Assembly (NCBI GenBank): GCA_963807635.1
Contig: CAWEDJ010000036.1
Coordinates: 1 to 64,000 of the forward strand
Origin: an uncultured cyanobacterium
GTDB lineage: Bacteria; Cyanobacteriota; Cyanobacteriia; Cyanobacteriales; Microcystaceae
Direction of reading: 5' to 3'
DNA length: 64,000 nt
This document shows positions 53,730-64,000 of this stretch, one piece after another; position 1 is the first letter of the stretch, and every line of letters starts with the position of its first letter. The notes below the pieces were generated by a model. It ran no database searches. It was not told the DNA's origin and saw only the letters and a list, made by a program, of their open reading frames with translations. The position numbers were made by a program, and so were the translations under genes.

Positions 53730-55529
53730 ATGTTATTTCCTATTTTGAGTTTTATGTTAGGAGTTATTCTCCTTGTAATTACTATTCTGATTTATCAGGA
53801 ATCCCCACTCTTTAAACAGCTACCTCTCGTTAGAAAATTAGCAAATAGTCTCCTATTTTTAGCGGGAAATAGCTTAATCTCCTTAACAGCAATGCTAGGG
53901 ATTGCTGGTTATTGGAATGTTTTTAATGCTAGTGATCTAAAGTTTGTCAGAATTATTTTGTTATTAGTTGGCTTGTCGATGAATATCTGGACACTCTTAG
54001 ACATTTTTGATGAGAATAATTTCCAGGGAAAGTTCAAAAATGTGGCAAATCTTGAAAAACTTAGCCTTGTTCTAACGGCATTATCAGCGATAACACTTTT
54101 CTCGATTTTTCTAGTTGCATTTTTTGACGGAAATTATGGAGGAGATGCTTTTATGTACCATGTTCCCTTTGCGGCTAGAATGTGGGGGATTATTTCACCA
54201 GACAAATATATCTTTGAATATGCGACGGAACATCGTTATTTAGGTTTTCCCCTGTTAGTCCATTGGTTTCAAGGTTTTTTTTGGACTATTTTTAGAAAGC
54301 CAGAAGCAACTAACCTAGCCGCTTATTTTAGTTTAATTGTTCTGATTACCTATCTCAAAAATTATTTAAAGCTTCCTTTCTACTTAGCAACCTTACCCTT
54401 GCTTGCCATCCCGATGGTTCATATGCACGCCAGCAAAAGCTATGTTGACCTATTTGGGAATGTTTTTATTGCAATTTTAATCATTACTTTGTACTTACTT
54501 TATAGCAATAAAAAACAACTTGATCGAGTGAATTTAGTAATTATTTTTGTAAGTGCTGCGGCGGCGGCGAATTCTAAACATCTACTTGCACCTGTTGTTG
54601 CTTTTTTATTAATTTTTGTTATTTATCAAATCGTTAAAACTTATTATTTTCAGGTAAAAAATCTACAACAAAAACGTTTAAATTTAGTCAAAATTATTTT
54701 GATAGGCGGTTTTGCTTGTATACTGATTTTTGCTACCCACGTTAAAAACACCATTTTGCATCAAAATCCCTTTTATCCTGTGGAAGTAAGTGTTCTGGGT
54801 CATGTGCTGAATCACACGGAACCTCAATCTAATTACATGAATCCAGAACTCAGAAAACTTTTACCGCCCGTACGCTGGTTGAAGTCTGCTTTAGAAATCG
54901 ATGCTTTTGATAAACGTCGGCCTTGGCCTTGGACTGTTGCAATGGATTTTGTTCCTTTGGAAGATGCGAAGTATGGGATTGGTGGTTATTTTGGGGGTTA
55001 TTTCGTTTTTAATGTTGTTCTTTTTATCTATCTTTGCTGGAGACATAAAACCTATGAAACAAAAGTCGCGATCACTGTAATGATCATTATGACTTTGATG
55101 ACCTGGGCGTTACCCCAATCCTATGAATTAAGGTTTTATATGTATTGGATGATTGTTTTTGTTTCTCTGAACTCTTATTTGTTATGTGAATATAATAAGT
55201 TAAACAAAAAACGTATTATTAAACCCCAATATTTCGCATTGATCGCAATAGTTTTTATGCTCATTTTCATTGATAAAACAGGAAAATTTTTTACCGTTCC
55301 ACAATTTCAATCCCTCGCTAACCAGATAGAAAAGGCAGGATGGATAGAACCCAAAATTATTAATCAATTTAAAGAGGGAGATAAAATTTGCCTTGTGGGA
55401 AAATCTCCCCACTCTTTTTTATACAATGCCTATTTTCATCCTCCTCATAATTATTCTTTAAAGTCTGAATTTGTAGTGAGTAAAGAATTTACAATAGAGC
55501 AGTGCGAAAATCGCAAAATTATTCAATAA
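53730..55529 (+). CDS. Multi-pass membrane protein, GT-C-like
   Basis: Many hydrophobic segments; GDAFMYHVPFAA, SYVDL, NPFYP. Confidence 0.6.
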   Translation: MLFPILSFMLGVILLVITILIYQESPLFKQLPLVRKLANSLLFLAGNSLISLTAMLGIAGYWNVFNASDLKFVRIILLLVGLSMNIWTLLDIFDENNFQGKFKNVANLEKLSLVLTALSAITLFSIFLVAFFDGNYGGDAFMYHVPFAARMWGIISPDKYIFEYATEHRYLGFPLLVHWFQGFFWTIFRKPEATNLAAYFSLIVLITYLKNYLKLPFYLATLPLLAIPMVHMHASKSYVDLFGNVFIAILIITLYLLYSNKKQLDRVNLVIIFVSAAAAANSKHLLAPVVAFLLIFVIYQIVKTYYFQVKNLQQKRLNLVKIILIGGFACILIFATHVKNTILHQNPFYPVEVSVLGHVLNHTEPQSNYMNPELRKLLPPVRWLKSALEIDAFDKRRPWPWTVAMDFVPLEDAKYGIGGYFGGYFVFNVVLFIYLCWRHKTYETKVAITVMIIMTLMTWALPQSYELRFYMYWMIVFVSLNSYLLCEYNKLNKKRIIKPQYFALIAIVFMLIFIDKTGKFFTVPQFQSLANQIEKAGWIEPKIINQFKEGDKICLVGKSPHSFLYNAYFHPPHNYSLKSEFVVSKEFTIEQCENRKIIQ

Positions 55530-55557
55530 ATTTCCCTTGCTAATTATTGAATAATTT

Positions 55558-57339
55558 TCAGTAAAGTTGATAGATAAAAAGGATTTGATTACTGCTAAAA
55601 ATAGGGATATTTTTCTGAAGAAAATTTAAGTTATTTAAAGCAATCTTATTTTCCTTAGATTCTCTAACTAGCTGTTGCATAACTTCACTGTCGATTAACA
55701 AGTATTTATACTTTGACTCATTAACCAGTGATTTGAAAGGATCGAATAAAGGCGTATTATAATAGGTTTCCATCTCCAGGGGATAATTAAATTTTTTACT
55801 AAAAGTTTCTAAATACTCATTCACTCCACCAAAAACAGAAAAAGTTCTTCCGATTAAAATATTATCATTTTTGGACGGTAATCGTTTTTCAGTAATTAAA
55901 TATTCAGCAACCCTTAAGTGTTCTTGACCCCAATTCAGGGTTGAATCATTGGTAAATTGCCATTTATCTTTTGTCCAAAAAAAGTTAACATAACTAAGGG
56001 ATTGGGAGATTCCCGCAATGCCAAAAACAATATACAAAGTTAAACAAAAGCTTAAGAATAATTTCTGTGGTTTCGTTTTAATCACGACGGTTGCGATCGC
56101 GAGTAAGGTATAAATAAAAATCAACACGGGATAAAAGTGTCGATACCCGATGACAAAACGGCTACTTCTCGCCAGGAAAAAATATAAAACGGGATAAATA
56201 CCCAGCACAAATCCCAGGGCAACGATTAAAATCATCTGTTGCGATCGCATTACTTTGGAGAGTTTATTCAGAGCATTCTCTTTTTTTATGCTTGTGAAGA
56301 GTGTTTTGAGTAAAACTACAATCAAAAAAATTGCCAGTAGGAATAATGCTGGATTTTCCTTATACCAAAAAATTCTACTAATATATTCTCCATAGTTAAT
56401 TGGAATAAAATTACCATTCCAAAAAGGTTCTTTAACAATATCCACTACCATACTTCTCGTTTTTAATGCCCCTTGAAAGAATCGACCGACATTAGCAAAA
56501 AAAGACTGGTTAGGGAAACTACCAAAGGCGTAGTGATATAAAATGGCAATAAAGATCGGTTGTATCAATAGGCTCATTCCACTGAGAAGACCAAAGCGGG
56601 AAAGAAATTTAAAATCGCCTTTTTTATAAAGATAAAATGCCGTTAACCCATAGGTAATAATCACAATCGGCAGTAAAATTAGATTGCTAAATTTGACATT
56701 AATGGCACAAAATAAAAATAATGTAATGGTAACAAATTGAAAAATTAAGCCCTTATTAGACCATTGCTCAAGAAAAGCGATCGTCATGGCTAGGGAAAGA
56801 ACCGTGAGTAGAGCAAAAATGGATGTACTGGAATCAAAGGTAATTAAAAAATCATGACTATAAAAGCTAGGAGAAAAGATAAATAAAATTGCTAGGGTAA
56901 TCGAAATTCTAGAACGGATTTTTTTAATAATGTATGTATAGGTAAATAACCAAAATAATAAGGCACTATTACACAGTAGATAGGTGAACCTAGAGACAAA
57001 GATGATTTTTTCAAAATCAGGTGGAGAAGCTTTGAGAAACCTCAGTCCCATTTCGTAGGGAGCTAAATTAACCTGTAGATGATTTAAAGGATTAATTTCA
57101 GGAAGGGTAACGGGATGATTGGGAAAAGTAAAGGATAATACGAGAGAATTAAGAACTTTTAGAAGTAAGGGATGTTCAAGATTGTATCCTAATCCTTTTT
57201 GATAAAAATAAGCCGTTCCAATATAGGCTGGCTCATCGGAAGTTAAAGCATTGGTATTGATGAGATAACATCCCAAAATAAAATAGGTTATGATTAATAA
57301 ACTAAAAAATAGTGGCTCAAAAGACTTTGTTAATTTCAT
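55558..57339 (-). CDS. ArnT/GT39-like lipid-carrier-dependent glycosyltransferase
   Basis: TSDEPAYI, EHPLL.K, KFS, GYRH, DSTLNWGQ. Confidence 0.75.
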   Translation of the reverse strand: MKLTKSFEPLFFSLLIITYFILGCYLINTNALTSDEPAYIGTAYFYQKGLGYNLEHPLLLKVLNSLVLSFTFPNHPVTLPEINPLNHLQVNLAPYEMGLRFLKASPPDFEKIIFVSRFTYLLCNSALLFWLFTYTYIIKKIRSRISITLAILFIFSPSFYSHDFLITFDSSTSIFALLTVLSLAMTIAFLEQWSNKGLIFQFVTITLFLFCAINVKFSNLILLPIVIITYGLTAFYLYKKGDFKFLSRFGLLSGMSLLIQPIFIAILYHYAFGSFPNQSFFANVGRFFQGALKTRSMVVDIVKEPFWNGNFIPINYGEYISRIFWYKENPALFLLAIFLIVVLLKTLFTSIKKENALNKLSKVMRSQQMILIVALGFVLGIYPVLYFFLARSSRFVIGYRHFYPVLIFIYTLLAIATVVIKTKPQKLFLSFCLTLYIVFGIAGISQSLSYVNFFWTKDKWQFTNDSTLNWGQEHLRVAEYLITEKRLPSKNDNILIGRTFSVFGGVNEYLETFSKKFNYPLEMETYYNTPLFDPFKSLVNESKYKYLLIDSEVMQQLVRESKENKIALNNLNFLQKNIPIFSSNQILFIYQLY

Positions 57340-57443
57340 TGTTGTAACTATTATAATTTTATTAATTTATCACAGGTTAAGCTAAAAAATTAATCAAGCT
57401 ATAGTGGCATTTACATAAATAAAGTATTCTCGATTTTTATAAA

Positions 57444-57463
57444 CAAGGGGTTTAAAACCCTTG
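57444..57463. repeat. Small dispersed palindrome CAAGGGGTTTAAAACCCTTG
   Basis: Intergenic imperfect inverted repeat. Confidence 0.5.
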
Positions 57464-57498
57464 CCTGTCTTTTATTAAATTGCACAATGATTTATCAT

Positions 57499-59946
57499 TT
57501 AGAGGATGTGAGTCATTTTCTTCTGTTCATTATTTTTTAAGACTGTCTTGTTTAAAATAGCCATTGAAATAATTCCTAGCCAACCTAACAAACTAATCCA
57601 ATTAGCCCAGGTGAGTCCGACAAATTTAACCTTAATTTGATATTGACCTGGGGTTAATTTTATCCCAAGAAGGTTGAAGTCACGATAGTTTACAGGAAAT
57701 CCTTGGACTTGTTGATTATTGACCCATATTTTTAACATGCGAGGATAGTAAAGAACGGGTAATTGGGCAATGCCTGTGCCATTTTGGACAGTTATATCAC
57801 AAGAAGTAATACTGCCTTTTTGTTGGCACATTTTTTGGGTTTCTTGTACGGAAGTTACGGTATTTTCAGGGGATAATCCTTCTAGTCGAAATTGTTTCAT
57901 GCGAATCGATAGGGGCGTACCATCTTTGGTTTTTCCTTCTATCAAAAATTTCAATCCAAAAGTATTCATATGGTTAGGAAGTTGGACATTTTTTAAGGGA
58001 ATTTTAGTGATTAATTCTCGTTGAGTGAGCGGAATCGATGCCAAGGTGTTGCCATTTAGTTGAACCAACAAATTGGCTTTATCTTCAATATTTTCCATAT
58101 AAACTTCCCCCCTAAGAGAAAGAACGGGCTTTTCTTGGGGTTGCCATTTAGGGTAATAAATTTCAGGGCCAAATATCAAAGCATTATTCAAAAAGCTGTC
58201 CCATTCGGAATAACCTGGTATCCATTTGTTCGGTAAAAAATGTAAATCGGTATTGCCATATAGAATTTCGGGTTCTTTACGATAAAGGTAATCTAAGGCT
58301 CCTGAATAGCGGAATAGGGGTTCTTTCATGACTTCATCAACGGTGATGGTTCCCTTGGGAATTAGTAACCAGGGACGAGCGATCATCACAATCATTAAAA
58401 TGCCGAAAATGAGGTGGCGACGGTCTAATTTTTGTCGAAAGATCAATAGGATAGCAAAAGCGGTAAGTAAACTGCCCGTCCACATGACATGGGTGAGAAA
58501 GCGGAAGGGAAATTGAGTTACCCATAGTTGTCGGGGTAGAAGTTCCCAGATGTTGGCAGGACTCCAGGTGAGTAAAAAAGTAATGAGAAAAATAGTTAGT
58601 AAAGCTACGAGAGTCGGTTTAGCGGATTGTAAGCGTAAATTTAACTTTATTTTAGAAAAGCTGTAGTAAAGCACTGTCCCCCAGGCAATGAGAAAAATCC
58701 ATCCAACGGCGGGGTGTAAGCCATAGGTGGGAGCAAGACCTAATTCAGTCGGTTCGGGAGGAAGGGAAGTAGGGGAAAGTAAATTCGCGAGGGGAGTTAG
58801 CCATCGACTATAGAAGGGATTGCCCTGGTCAATCTGTTGACGAATGGATAAACTGGCTGATTCTAGGACAACGGGGGCGAGAAAATACAATGCTAATAAC
58901 CAACCCCAAACATAGGCGATCGCGAGTCGCACTAAATCCTTTAAAGGAGCTTGGGATAAACGGGAGATGATTAAGATCAAACTAAAAACAAAAATTGTGC
59001 TGTAGATAAAAGTAATGACATGGGTTGTAGCCAAGGCAAACCAACTCACTGCACTGAGTAATAAACTATTAACATTGGGTTTTCGATAGAGTTTAAAAAC
59101 ATAGAAAAGGACAATCGGTAAAATTCCCTGGGCGATCGCTTCAGTAAACGCTCCTCTGGCATGAACATTAATCAAAAAATAGGGAGCGGCCATATAGGAA
59201 ACCCCTGCTAAAATTGCCGCAATGCGATAACGGGTCAGTCCTAATGCCAAACGATAGATAAAAATTCCCCCTACCCACAATGCTAACCAGAGCATCATTT
59301 TGTAGGCATTGTATGGATTAGTAGGAGTGATAAATTTGTAGATGATAGCCCCCAGGGTGTAAGGAAGCTGACTATAAAATTGAAAGGACGGATAACGAAA
59401 ACCAAAGTCTTCGAGGGGAGCGACTCGGATAGGAAATTGACCTTCTTCTAGGGCCATTTTAGCCTGAATAACATAGGCGAGATGGGAGGTATGATCATTG
59501 GTTAAAATCACCCGTGAAGAAGCCATTGGAGCCATTAAAGAAAAAGCGACAATTCCTAACAACAGACAAACTAATAAAAAACTTCGATTACGATAACAGT
59601 AGGATTTTATAATATTGAAAAAGGCTATGATTTTAAAGCTTTTTAATATAGCTAATATTTCTTCTCGAAAAACACTGATTAAAAGAATAAAGCTACCAAT
59701 AAATAAATTACGGCGAATTCCTTGTAAATGATTGCCATCAATTACGGCTTCAATTAATTTTAAATAACCGACAATACCAAGACTAAGGGCTGAACAAATA
59801 AAAATCCAGGCTAACCACAGTAAAGGTTCTTTTTTATGGATTGTTAATGGAGAAAGTTGTTTAAAGAGACCAATTTCTTGATAAAAAAGGTAAAAAATCA
59901 GGATTAAAACTAAAGATAGGGCAAGGCTCAGGAGGGGAATTACCAT
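57499..59946 (-). CDS. PTPS-related/YfhO-like membrane protein (GT-C-like)
   Basis: DHTSH, GQFPIR, FQFYSQL.Y, APY...RGAFTE, QFPFRF, LPVLYYP. Confidence 0.7.
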   Translation of the reverse strand: MVIPLLSLALSLVLILIFYLFYQEIGLFKQLSPLTIHKKEPLLWLAWIFICSALSLGIVGYLKLIEAVIDGNHLQGIRRNLFIGSFILLISVFREEILAILKSFKIIAFFNIIKSYCYRNRSFLLVCLLLGIVAFSLMAPMASSRVILTNDHTSHLAYVIQAKMALEEGQFPIRVAPLEDFGFRYPSFQFYSQLPYTLGAIIYKFITPTNPYNAYKMMLWLALWVGGIFIYRLALGLTRYRIAAILAGVSYMAAPYFLINVHARGAFTEAIAQGILPIVLFYVFKLYRKPNVNSLLLSAVSWFALATTHVITFIYSTIFVFSLILIISRLSQAPLKDLVRLAIAYVWGWLLALYFLAPVVLESASLSIRQQIDQGNPFYSRWLTPLANLLSPTSLPPEPTELGLAPTYGLHPAVGWIFLIAWGTVLYYSFSKIKLNLRLQSAKPTLVALLTIFLITFLLTWSPANIWELLPRQLWVTQFPFRFLTHVMWTGSLLTAFAILLIFRQKLDRRHLIFGILMIVMIARPWLLIPKGTITVDEVMKEPLFRYSGALDYLYRKEPEILYGNTDLHFLPNKWIPGYSEWDSFLNNALIFGPEIYYPKWQPQEKPVLSLRGEVYMENIEDKANLLVQLNGNTLASIPLTQRELITKIPLKNVQLPNHMNTFGLKFLIEGKTKDGTPLSIRMKQFRLEGLSPENTVTSVQETQKMCQQKGSITSCDITVQNGTGIAQLPVLYYPRMLKIWVNNQQVQGFPVNYRDFNLLGIKLTPGQYQIKVKFVGLTWANWISLLGWLGIISMAILNKTVLKNNEQKKMTHIL

Positions 59947-60180
59947 AGAAAAATAAAAATAGTCACAGGATTTGTGAGCATTAAACTATTGATAGAGTTC
60001 CAAAAAAAATATCAGGTCAATGCTCGGTTCGGGTATCAATTAGAATAACTTAAAAAGGGATACGCGCCTTTTCATTTCCCTTCCTTTAGTCTTCTCCATC
60101 CATTTCTGACCCTACGGAGTGGCAACAATGATATAGTCAGGGTATTTTTGATTGTCTGCCTAATTTTCGGGAATAACCCT

Positions 60181-61092
60181 ATGGAAAAAATACTGAAACA
60201 GTTACGCCGTAAGTTATTTGGTCTGGATGAACAGGAAGCCGCTTTTCTTCGGGCGATCGCCGACACCAATGAACAAATCAGCAACCTGCAAAAATCCTTG
60301 GATGACCTGTACCACAATTACAGCCGTACTCTGGTTGAAATCACTGGCAAGCAACACCCTGACACGAAAATTAGCTGTGTGATTAATGATGTCCCCCTCC
60401 AGGTTCCCTTGGGAATTTTGCGAGCCTACGGTCACTGTCTGCAAATGTGTCCCAAGTCGAGTCTGACCTATTATGTGGAAGACCACTGTGTTAGCTGGTT
60501 ATCCCAACAACTTAAAGCAGGAGATATCTTTCTCGATGTTGGAGCCGCCTATGGGGTGATTAGTCTGCCCCTCGCCTCAGTGGTGGGAAATACAGGAAAA
60601 GTTTATGCCTTTGAACCCGCTAGACAAACCCGCAATAGCCTACAGTCCTTAATTACTGATAATCATCTGGATAACATCACCGTTGTTCCCAAGGCGATCG
60701 CCGATCAAGTGGGGACAGCAGAATTTATTGAATACAGCACAGATAATCCCTTTTCCTGGGCCGCAGACACTTCCACCCTTGCTCAGGACGTTAATCCTAA
60801 TCTAGAAAATTATTCAACCTATAGTGTCGAAATCACAACCATTGATGAGTTTGTGCAAGAGCAAAATATTAAACCCCAGGCAATCAAAATTGATATTGAA
60901 GGCTTTGAGCTTTATTCACTACATGGAGCGAGTCATACCCTAAAAACCCTAAAACCTTTCCTTTGTATCGATATTCATGAAGATGTCAAAACCAAACAAT
61001 CGGCCCTATTAGGAGTTCAACCTTTACTCGAAAGTTGGGGCTATGAATGTCGCATGGATGAACATACACTTTTTGCCAGTCCGAAGGGCTAA
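60181..61092 (+). CDS. FkbM-family methyltransferase
   Basis: FLDVGAAYG, VYAFEP, KIDIEGFE. Confidence 0.9.
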   Translation: MEKILKQLRRKLFGLDEQEAAFLRAIADTNEQISNLQKSLDDLYHNYSRTLVEITGKQHPDTKISCVINDVPLQVPLGILRAYGHCLQMCPKSSLTYYVEDHCVSWLSQQLKAGDIFLDVGAAYGVISLPLASVVGNTGKVYAFEPARQTRNSLQSLITDNHLDNITVVPKAIADQVGTAEFIEYSTDNPFSWAADTSTLAQDVNPNLENYSTYSVEITTIDEFVQEQNIKPQAIKIDIEGFELYSLHGASHTLKTLKPFLCIDIHEDVKTKQSALLGVQPLLESWGYECRMDEHTLFASPKG

Positions 61093-61100
61093 GAAAAAAC

Positions 61101-61171
61101 GCGATCGCAAGGCGGCACTGCGTGATCGCAAGGCGGCACTGCGTGATCGCAAGGCGGCACTGCATGATCGC
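61101..61171. repeat. 21-bp tandem repeat (3 copies) anchored in a HIP1 site
   Basis: GC-[GATCGCAAGGCGGCACTGC(G/A)T]x3-GATCGC. Confidence 0.9.
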
Positions 61172-61209
61172 GACTATCCTCGTAGTAAACATCACTAACT
61201 TTTTTTCCT

Positions 61210-62415
61210 ATGACGACTCTTCCCCTAAGCTGGACAGAACTAGAAGCTCTCACCGACTTTTCGATTGACCCCATCAATGGACTAACCAATTCCCAAGCCC
61301 GATTACGTCTATTTGGCCGCCCCGAATCCGAAGTGCGGGTGACACTCTACCGCGATCACCATGCCTGGTGTCCCTACTGTCAAAAAATCTGGTTGTGGTT
61401 AGAGGAAAAACAAATTCCCTACCGCATCGAAAAAGTGACCATGTTTTGTTATGGGGAAAAGGAAAAATGGTATAAACGCAAAGTGCCTTCGGGAATGTTA
61501 CCCGCCATTGAACTAGATGGACGCATTATCACCGAAAGCGATGATATTTTGATCGCCCTAGAACGGGAATTTGGAGTCCTAGTTTGGGGCATGGAAAATC
61601 CCAAGGTGATTCCCCTGCGCCGACTGGAAAGATTGTTGTTTCGTGGCTGGTGTTCCTGGCTTTGTTATCCTGCCAGATCTAAGCAAGAGGAGCAAAATAA
61701 TCGTAAACAATTTGCGGCGATCGTTGCCCAGGTAGAAGAGGCTCTAGCCCGAACAAAAGGTGCTTACTTTTTAGAAGAATTCAGTACGGTCGATGTGATT
61801 TTCACGCCGTACGTCGAACGGATGAATGCTAGTCTTTTTTATTACAAAGGTTATTCATTACGGGAAGAAAATCCACACTTTTCGGCGTGGTTTGATGCAA
61901 TGGAGAGCCGTCCGACCTACCGAGGAACCCAAAGCGATTTTCATACCCATGTTCATGACTTACCGCCCCAGATGGGAGGTTGTTGGGAAAATGGTGAACC
62001 CCAGATGTTAATTAATAAATCACGGGTCGATCATGGCCCCTGGTTCGGATTGCCCGATGTGACCTATCCAGAGCCAGAAAATTCCCGTGCTGAAGCTCTC
62101 CAACGGGTTATTAAGCATCATGTCAATATTATTCGGGTTAATCCTGCCGATAATGAGCTTTTTGATCAAGCTTTGCGGTGTGCTTTAACTCATATGATCA
62201 CAGACGAAATCTGTCAGCCACCATCGAGTTCGGATTCTGCTCTGCGTTATCTCCGCGATCGCATTAGTGTGCCGAGGGATATGTCGGTCTATGCGGCCAA
62301 ACGTCTGCGAGAATCCCTAGAATTTACGGCCAACCTAGTGGGAAATGCCCAGGGAGCCGCGATCGCGCTCAAGCACCGCAGAGACCAAGATCCTGCTAAT
62401 TTTGCCAACAGTTAA
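61210..62415 (+). CDS. Glutathione S-transferase family protein
   Basis: [28 protein letters not shown]. Confidence 0.88.
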   Translation: MTTLPLSWTELEALTDFSIDPINGLTNSQARLRLFGRPESEVRVTLYRDHHAWCPYCQKIWLWLEEKQIPYRIEKVTMFCYGEKEKWYKRKVPSGMLPAIELDGRIITESDDILIALEREFGVLVWGMENPKVIPLRRLERLLFRGWCSWLCYPARSKQEEQNNRKQFAAIVAQVEEALARTKGAYFLEEFSTVDVIFTPYVERMNASLFYYKGYSLREENPHFSAWFDAMESRPTYRGTQSDFHTHVHDLPPQMGGCWENGEPQMLINKSRVDHGPWFGLPDVTYPEPENSRAEALQRVIKHHVNIIRVNPADNELFDQALRCALTHMITDEICQPPSSSDSALRYLRDRISVPRDMSVYAAKRLRESLEFTANLVGNAQGAAIALKHRRDQDPANFANS

Positions 62416-62447
62416 GACATTTACAGCACTTTTTCAATCAATTCTAT

Positions 62448-62475
62448 GTAGGGACACAATAGATTATGTCCTTAC
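62448..62475. repeat. REP-like palindrome GTAGGGACA...TGTCCTTAC
   Basis: Imperfect hairpin; related to 18731-18758 and to the half-site at 62542. Confidence 0.55.
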
Positions 62476-62617
62476 AAAATTTTTGTGGATAGTAATATTA
62501 ATCTAAACTGAAAACATAGCAGATATTCTCAAGAAAATTTTGTAGGGGCGTAAAGCTTGCGCAAAAAAAAATCTCAATGTCGGCCGTAAAATCGAATTTT
62601 TTAATAATAAATAAATT

Positions 62618-63877
62618 ATGTTTACCACTATCCGTCATGGTTTCAATCAATTTTTAAACAAGTCACGAACCATCAAAAATGAACCCTTAAATAAGGTTAG
62701 TTTGATTGTGGTCATTCTCGTGGATATTTTTATCTTAGTCAATGTTTTTACAGGATTAAATGATATTAGTCAATGGCCCATCAGTCCTTCCCAAAGCTAT
62801 CCCTGTTATGACCAATGGCAGGGTTATCATAATAAAACGCTTCCTAATAAACATTATGAGATACTCCGACAGGCTATTTCTCCCAATCTTGATAGAAAAA
62901 ACAGCTTAGAAGAAGCTTTTCACCAAGGAGAAAAAGGTCATTTAGGAAATGTTAATGAAGTTTGTTTAACCTATGCTCAATCTCAAGATAAGGTTAATCA
63001 TTCCGATAATCAAAAAATTATTTCTAGCATTGATCAAACGAATCTTAAAATCAATAATCTCGAACAAGCTAATCAAACCATTCGCTCCGAATATGATTCT
63101 ACTTTACTCGAAAAAATCGCGGGTCAATCCCAAGAAAAATCCATTAATCAAACCAGCGCAGAAAAAGCCAAACAACAGTTAACCGAAAATGACCTCAAAA
63201 TTACTGCTCTTCAGCAAGAACTCAATACTTTAAAACAACAACTTTTAAATAAACCAGAAAGTATTCAATTTATTGATTTTCTTAATCAAACGGAATCGTT
63301 TAACACAGTTCAAAAAGGTCATGCTAACGCCACTTTTTGGTATCCCAGCATTCAGTTTTTCTTCCAAGCTCTTTTTCTCGTTACCTTAATTGCGATCGCG
63401 CTTTTAGTACATAATTTTGCCCAGAACAAAGGTTACGGATTAATTGCCCTAATCAGTTGGCATCTGCTGGTTATTTTCCTTATTCCACTTGTTTTAAAAG
63501 TCTTTGAATTTCTGCAAATTGGCTTCATCTTTAAACTGCTTTTTGATTTTATCCAAGCGGTCTTTGGTGGATTACTCTTTCTTATTAGCTATCTCTATAT
63601 TTTGGTAATTCCCCTCATTGGTTTTGGGATCATTAAATTTTTCCAAACGATTGTTTTCAATCCCAAGGGCCAGGCCGCTAATCGATTTCAAAACTCCCGT
63701 TGCGTCCAATGCGCGAAGAAAATTCGTCCTCAAGATGCCCACTGTCCCCATTGTGGTGAATATCAGTATATGGAATGTGGAAATTGTCATGAACTGACCT
63801 ATAAGCACTTGCCTTATTGCAAACACTGTGGCACATCTCAATCAGTCGTTTTTTCGGCAACTTCTGAAGAAGGGTAA
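62618..63877 (+). CDS. Membrane protein with a coiled-coil loop and a C-terminal double zinc ribbon
   Basis: One N-terminal TM, a Q/E/K-rich helical region, about three TMs, then CVQC/CPHCG/CGNC/CKHCG. Confidence 0.75.
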   Translation: MFTTIRHGFNQFLNKSRTIKNEPLNKVSLIVVILVDIFILVNVFTGLNDISQWPISPSQSYPCYDQWQGYHNKTLPNKHYEILRQAISPNLDRKNSLEEAFHQGEKGHLGNVNEVCLTYAQSQDKVNHSDNQKIISSIDQTNLKINNLEQANQTIRSEYDSTLLEKIAGQSQEKSINQTSAEKAKQQLTENDLKITALQQELNTLKQQLLNKPESIQFIDFLNQTESFNTVQKGHANATFWYPSIQFFFQALFLVTLIAIALLVHNFAQNKGYGLIALISWHLLVIFLIPLVLKVFEFLQIGFIFKLLFDFIQAVFGGLLFLISYLYILVIPLIGFGIIKFFQTIVFNPKGQAANRFQNSRCVQCAKKIRPQDAHCPHCGEYQYMECGNCHELTYKHLPYCKHCGTSQSVVFSATSEEG

Positions 63878-63952
63878 ACGAATTGTATAATTAAAACATC
63901 ACTGACTTTCCTTAGTGGCACGAGTCTTATTAAAAGTTTTTTAATCTAGTAT

Positions 63953-63979
63953 GGGTATAATTCCCCGCCCCTTGGGGCG
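63953..63979. mobile_element. Probable end of an IS200/IS605-like element
   Basis: GGGTATAATTCCC-CGCCCC-TT-GGGGCG hairpin at the window edge. Confidence 0.4.
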
Positions 63980-64000
63980 AAAAATATAAACTTGCAATGG

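Noticed and set aside
61089..61289. ORFs with DHAVPPC or CRLAITQ repeats, or a mini-CRISPR
   Set aside because: They are translations of the 21-bp tandem repeat; there are no spacers.

Overview
This window is chromosomal DNA from a unicellular cyanobacterium, as shown by the frequent HIP1 octamer GCGATCGC and genes such as acsF, narB and a Hik2-type kinase. Core genes alternate with mobile DNA. From left to right it holds: an ethylene-binding-domain/PAS/GAF/GGDEF sensor running off the left edge; a histidine phosphatase, a SAM methyltransferase, a PMT-type mannosyltransferase and tRNA-Asp; a three-layer nested IS stack (IS66 remnant, then IS5/IS427-like, then a 1650-bp IS5); a CCGG-family type II R-M system whose methylase and endonuclease are each interrupted by a different IS; hik2, sufE, a DUF3782 gene, a Rieske gene, a permease pair, narB and acsF; a tandem amplification of the left end of the 1650-bp IS5; a GAF-GGDEF gene, fumC, a hybrid kinase and ilvD; and a ~28-kb surface-glycan locus with seven methyltransferase domains, coiled-coil enzymes and three GT-C-like membrane proteins. 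A GST and a zinc-ribbon membrane protein close the window. About ten genes carry single-base breaks, mostly at GGNCC, CCWGG or GATC motifs or in homopolymers, which suggests methylation-linked long-read errors rather than true pseudogenes. No CRISPR array or rRNA was seen. Family names come from motif recognition and recall, not database searches.
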